Virus record (IMG/VR): IMGVR_UViG_2872830528_000001
DNA: 20,000 nt
Strand: one strand, 5' to 3'
DNA from: an uncultured virus (IMG/VR IMGVR_UViG_2872830528_000001)
Lineage: Duplodnaviria > Heunggongvirae > Uroviricota > Caudoviricetes
Position 1 is the stretch's first letter; every line of letters starts with the position of its first letter. The notes beneath the pieces were generated by a model. The model was not told where the DNA came from, did not search any database, and saw only the letters and a program-made list of their open reading frames with translations. The translations under genes and the position numbers were made by a program. Below, piece by piece: positions 17,171 through 20,000 of the stretch.

Positions 17171-17193
17171 AGGCTAGGGCCCGGGTCTGACAA
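17171..17193 (-). promoter_or_regulatory. RecA-NDp / PafBC-type DNA-damage promoter
   Basis: - strand TTGTCAGAC-CCGGGCCC-TAGCCT fits tTGTCRgtg-N8-TAnnnT; ATG follows 7 nt later. Confidence 0.7.
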
Positions 17194-17346
17194 AGCTGGC
17201 AGGAATCGGGCGTGCGTTCCGCCACGGACACACGCCAGGGGAATGTCTGATTCCAAATAGATGCCCTGAGCCACTGTTGCCGGAGGGCAGGAGTCGTCAT
17301 GCTCTGCCGTAAGGGGTGTCGCGGTCGATGGGCCGTGGCTGCACAG

Positions 17347-17577
17347 CTAGGGGAGGAGATCGCGCGTGGGGACGTTAAGCGCGCGAGCTACGCGAAGGAG
17401 GTGGCTGAATTTGGCATCGTTCTGGCCGCCCTCGATGCGCTGGATCGTGGACCGATCGATCTCGGCCCGGTGCGCGAGCTCTTCTTGCGTGAGGTCTGCA
17501 TAGAGCCGGGCATCACGGATCCGCCGCCCTAGCGCCTGCTGGGCGCTGGTGATCCATTCGGGCTGATCGGCGGGCAC
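17347..17577 (-). CDS. Small XRE-family HTH transcriptional regulator (76 aa)
   Basis: 'LGRRIRDARLYADLTQEELAHRAEIDRSTIQRIEGG...LLRVARALNV' cI/Cro-type HTH. Confidence 0.92.
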   Translation of the reverse strand: MPADQPEWITSAQQALGRRIRDARLYADLTQEELAHRAEIDRSTIQRIEGGQNDAKFSHLLRVARALNVPTRDLLP

Positions 17578-17728
17578 CAGACAAACGGTCGACCGATCAA
17601 GATCATTTGTCAGCAGCTACTTTGCGGCTTTTTATGATCATGATTCAAGCGAGGCTGGAAGGGTATGGCCGGAAGTAACGCAAGACCGACAGCCCTGCGG
17701 CACCTAGCGCCAGCCGCAGGGCTACGTG

Positions 17729-17757
17729 TAGTTTCCATGATTCGAACGCTTGTTCAC
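17729..17757 (+). promoter_or_regulatory. -10 element followed by a LexA (SOS) box-like site
   Basis: TAGTTT (17729-17734); TCGAAC-GCTT-GTTCAC (17742-17757) keeps the GAAC-N4-GTTC core intact. Confidence 0.62.
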
Positions 17758-17917
17758 TCGAAAGGGTGAACAACTCCCCGGGGCTGCATCCGTTAGACAG
17801 GGTGAGGAGTCGTTCTCATAGACGTGCCGAGTCGGCTCTCAGGGTGGCCCCCATGTTGGCGGGCTCGGCACACACGGCGACCCCCCTTCGACGGCAGAAG
17901 GGGGGTCGCCGCTTTCG
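17741..17917 (+). ncRNA. Candidate structured small RNA (~175 nt)
   Basis: Promoter upstream, GAAA-capped hairpin with G-U pair (17750-17773), second long stem (17824-17871), 15-bp terminator; no credible ORF. Confidence 0.45.
17875..17917 (+). terminator. Intrinsic terminator
   Basis: CGGCGACCCCCCTTC-N7-GAAGGGGGGTCGCCG perfect 15-bp stem followed by CTTTCG. Confidence 0.8.
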
Positions 17918-17947
17918 TGCTCCCACCTGCAGGTTCACCCGATCCTC

Positions 17948-18021
17948 TTGGGGGATTTTTAGGGGGCGAACCGCTGTACTGAGAGTGCCTAGAAGGGTAG
18001 TGAAGGTGTACTCAAAGTGCC
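17948..18021. repeat. att-arm region: candidate integrase arm-type and excisionase binding repeats
   Basis: TGTACTGAGAGTGCC (17975-17989) and TGTACTCAAAGTGCC (18007-18021), 13/15 identical, 32 bp apart; TTGGGGGA/TAGGGGGC pair at 17948-17967; AT-richer DNA ~75-150 bp from the tRNA 3' end. Confidence 0.5.
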
Positions 18022-18030
18022 GCACAAAGC

Positions 18031-18070
18031 AGAAGACCCAGGCCAAAGAACGCTCTGACCTGGGTCTTCT
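18031..18070 (-). terminator. Hairpin downstream of the tRNA (terminator / att-associated inverted repeat)
   Basis: AGAAGACCCAGG (18031-18042) pairs with CCTGGGTCTTCT (18059-18070); followed on the - strand by GCTTTGT. Confidence 0.7.
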
Positions 18071-18095
18071 TCGACCTTTCGCGAGGTCAACACGG

Positions 18096-18167
18096 TGGGC
18101 GCGGACGGTTTCGAACCGCCGACATCTGCTTTGTAAGAGCAGCGCTCTACCCCTGAGCTACGCACCC
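18096..18167 (-). tRNA. tRNA-Val (anticodon TAC)
   Basis: GGGTGCG TAGCTCAGGGGTAGAGC G CTGCT-CTTACAA-AGCAG ATGTC GGCGG-TTCGAAA-CCGTC CGCGCCC A: full cloverleaf; CCA not encoded (CCG follows). Confidence 0.97.
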
Positions 18168-18329
18168 GTGGAAGAGGCAACAGCCTACATGGCGCACGGG
18201 TGGGTGCCGCAATCCGGTATCTGGGGTGGCGGGGGGGGGTGGGGTGAACTGATCGGGTCGTGTGTTCGTCCTTACCGGGTGGGAGAATGAACCGGACCGG
18301 GCACGGCGGACACAGCACGGGAGAGGTAC

Positions 18330-19724
18330 GTGGCGGCGAGCGAGGCTAGGGGGGCGGCCGGGTCCGGCTTCGGGCGGGGCGGGCGGGCCGGTGGTGGGGG
18401 GCGGGTGCCTTCCGGGGTGCGGCTCGCGTTCGTTCTGCCTCTGCTGGTCGGGGCCCTGGTGCCGCACGCGTTCGCCGGCGGCGGGACCCGTCGTTGGTTC
18501 GGCGGGCGCGGCGAGGGGCAGCGGGCCGAGGCGCAGGCCGCCAAGGACGCCGCCGCCGCGGCCTTCTACGAGCTGGACACCGCCCAGCGCGGGCTGCGCA
18601 TCTCCGTCGAGACCATCACGGCCGTCGACAGCTCCCCCGAGGCCCGCCGGGCCGTCGAGGGTTTCGAGGCCCTCGGGCGGCGGATCGACGAGGTCAGCCA
18701 CACCTACATCGCGGCGGTGGACGCCCACGACCTCGACCGCGACGAGCTCGACGCCGCCACCGCCAACCGCGCCCGGTCCGAACTGGCCCGCGCCAAGGAG
18801 GAGCTGGACCGGGTGAAGGGCGAGCTCGACCGGTACGAGGAGGGGCTCGCGCCGCTCCTCGGGCGGGCCGAGACCCAGCTCGCCCGGCTCGCCCCGGCCG
18901 TCGAGCGGGCCCGGCAGGCCCTGCGCGGCGCGAGCGGCGCCCTCGACTCCGTACGGGACGGCGGGCTGCGCGCCGACGACCTGGCCGCCCGGCTCGCCGC
19001 GCTCGGGCCCGAGCTCACCCGGCTCAACGAAGGCGCCGGACGGCACGGCGTCCCCGAGACCCTCCAGCGGGCCGACCGGGTACTGCGGGACGCCGAGGCC
19101 GTACGGGCCGAGGCCGAGCGGCTGCCCGAACGGGCCGCCGAGATCGACCGGCGCCTCGTCTCGCTCCGTACCCGCACCGAGGCGCTCACCACCCGCACCG
19201 GGGGTGTCGAGCCGGTCCTGTCCGAGCTGCGGCGGCGTTTCACCGCGCCCTGCTGGCAGGACCTCCAGCACGTGCCCGAGCAGGCCGCCGCCACGCTCCG
19301 GCAGGCCGAGGAGCGGCTCGCCGAGGCCGGGAAGGCGCGGGCCGAGCAGCGCTGGCCCGACGCGACCTCGCTCCTGTCGACCGTCCGCGCGCTGCTCGAC
19401 TCCACCGACGAGGCCGTGTCGGCCGCCGGGGACCGGCTCCGGCGGCTCGACGCCGTCGCCAAGGACCCGAAGGCGGAGATCGACCGTGCCCGGTTCGCCG
19501 TACGGGACGCCCAGCGGCTCGCCATGGCCGGGCGCAGCACCCCCGACCCCCGGCACGCCCGGCCCCTCGACGAGGCGGTCGCGCGGCTCGACCGGGCGGT
19601 GGACGGCCTGGAGGGGCGGCACCCGGACTACTGGCACTTCCTGACCGAGCTGGAGGGCGTACGGGCCACGGCCGCGCACGTCGTCGGGCAGATCCGGGAG
19701 GATCGGGGCGGCGGCGCGCAGTGA
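18330..19724 (+). CDS. Host membrane-anchored, alanine/arginine-rich coiled-coil protein of unknown function
   Basis: 464-aa ORF with very strong GC3 bias, one hydrophobic segment near the N-terminus, long heptad-like helices; start uncertain. Confidence 0.75.
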   Translation: MAASEARGAAGSGFGRGGRAGGGGRVPSGVRLAFVLPLLVGALVPHAFAGGGTRRWFGGRGEGQRAEAQAAKDAAAAAFYELDTAQRGLRISVETITAVDSSPEARRAVEGFEALGRRIDEVSHTYIAAVDAHDLDRDELDAATANRARSELARAKEELDRVKGELDRYEEGLAPLLGRAETQLARLAPAVERARQALRGASGALDSVRDGGLRADDLAARLAALGPELTRLNEGAGRHGVPETLQRADRVLRDAEAVRAEAERLPERAAEIDRRLVSLRTRTEALTTRTGGVEPVLSELRRRFTAPCWQDLQHVPEQAAATLRQAEERLAEAGKARAEQRWPDATSLLSTVRALLDSTDEAVSAAGDRLRRLDAVAKDPKAEIDRARFAVRDAQRLAMAGRSTPDPRHARPLDEAVARLDRAVDGLEGRHPDYWHFLTELEGVRATAAHVVGQIREDRGGGAQ

Positions 19725-19784
19725 GCGGCCGCGGGGCGCCGCGGGGCCCTGCCCGTAGTTCTTCGCAGGCTCTAGCCTGTGTCC

Positions 19785-20000
19785 ATGCCTCGTTATGAAT
19801 TCCGCTGCCGCACCTGCGGCGACACGTTCGAGCTCAGCCGTCCGATGGCCGAGTCCTCCGACCCGGCCTCCTGCCCCGCCGGGCACGACGACACCGTGAA
19901 GCTGCTCTCGGCCGTGGCCGTCGGCGGCTCCGCCGGCAGCTCCGCCCCCGCGCCGGGCGGGGGCGGGGGCGGGTGCTGCGGCGGTGGATGCTGCGGCTAG
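19785..20000 (+). CDS. FmdB-family zinc-ribbon protein (CxxC_CxxC_SSSS type)
   Basis: MPRYEFRCRTCGDTFE...CPAGH...GGGCCGGGCCG*; TAGCCT 6 nt before ATG 19785 suggests a leaderless start. Confidence 0.88.
   Translation: MPRYEFRCRTCGDTFELSRPMAESSDPASCPAGHDDTVKLLSAVAVGGSAGSSAPAPGGGGGGCCGGGCCG

Larger units (their letters stand above)
1..18110 (+). mobile_element. Prophage (siphovirus morphotype), right part; continues left of the window; integrated at the 3' end of tRNA-Val
   Basis: Syntenic head-tail/tail/tape measure/minor tail/lysis genes, then small accessory ORFs, att-like repeats and the 3' end of a tRNA. DNA beyond the tRNA is visibly more GC-rich (host-like). The exact right boundary (att core) cannot be fixed without the other end. 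Confidence 0.93.

Noticed and set aside
15669..17177. 502-aa ORF on the + strand
   Set aside because: Overlaps five better-supported small genes with recognisable motifs and promoters; low-complexity translation
17607..17640. TTGTCAG as a third PafBC-type promoter
   Set aside because: No TAnnnT at the required 10-nt spacing; TATGAT is 20 nt from TTGTCA
17875..17911. C-run hairpin as a 6C RNA
   Set aside because: The C-run is paired in the stem, not displayed in loops as in 6C RNA; it fits a terminator
18223..18244. G-run (GGGG-TGGC-G9-T-GGGG), possible G-quadruplex or phase-variable tract
   Set aside because: Intergenic in very GC-rich host DNA; no supporting evidence of function
17766..18290. 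174-aa ORF across the att region
   Set aside because: Runs through a terminator, att repeats and the antisense of the tRNA; atypical codon usage
18147..19886. 579-aa ORF on the - strand (and 434-aa alternative + frame)
   Set aside because: Shadow frames of the 464-aa host gene in very GC-rich DNA

Overview
High-GC actinobacterial DNA, most likely Streptomyces. About 1-18100 is the right half of a siphovirus-type prophage on the + strand: head-tail connector genes, major tail protein, tail assembly chaperone with a classic G GGA AAG -1 frameshift, a 1447-aa tape measure protein with a C-terminal NlpC/P60 domain, minor tail proteins, and a lysis cassette (amidase endolysin with an internal in-frame restart, holin, two more membrane proteins). 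A ~3.3-kb accessory region (14700-17950) then runs up to an att-like region and an intact tRNA-Val(TAC) on the - strand (18096-18167), which marks the prophage end. Two host genes follow (a coiled-coil membrane protein and an FmdB-type zinc ribbon). The accessory region is the most interesting part. It is a cluster of tiny, mostly leaderless genes (DUF6233-like, DUF6221-like, XRE HTH, hypotheticals) and at least two candidate structured ncRNAs. It appears wired to both actinobacterial DNA-damage regulons: two LexA/SOS-box-like sites and two RecA-NDp/PafBC-type promoters (TGTCAG-N10-TAnnnT). No integrase lies in the window. All family assignments are from motif recognition by eye, not database searches.
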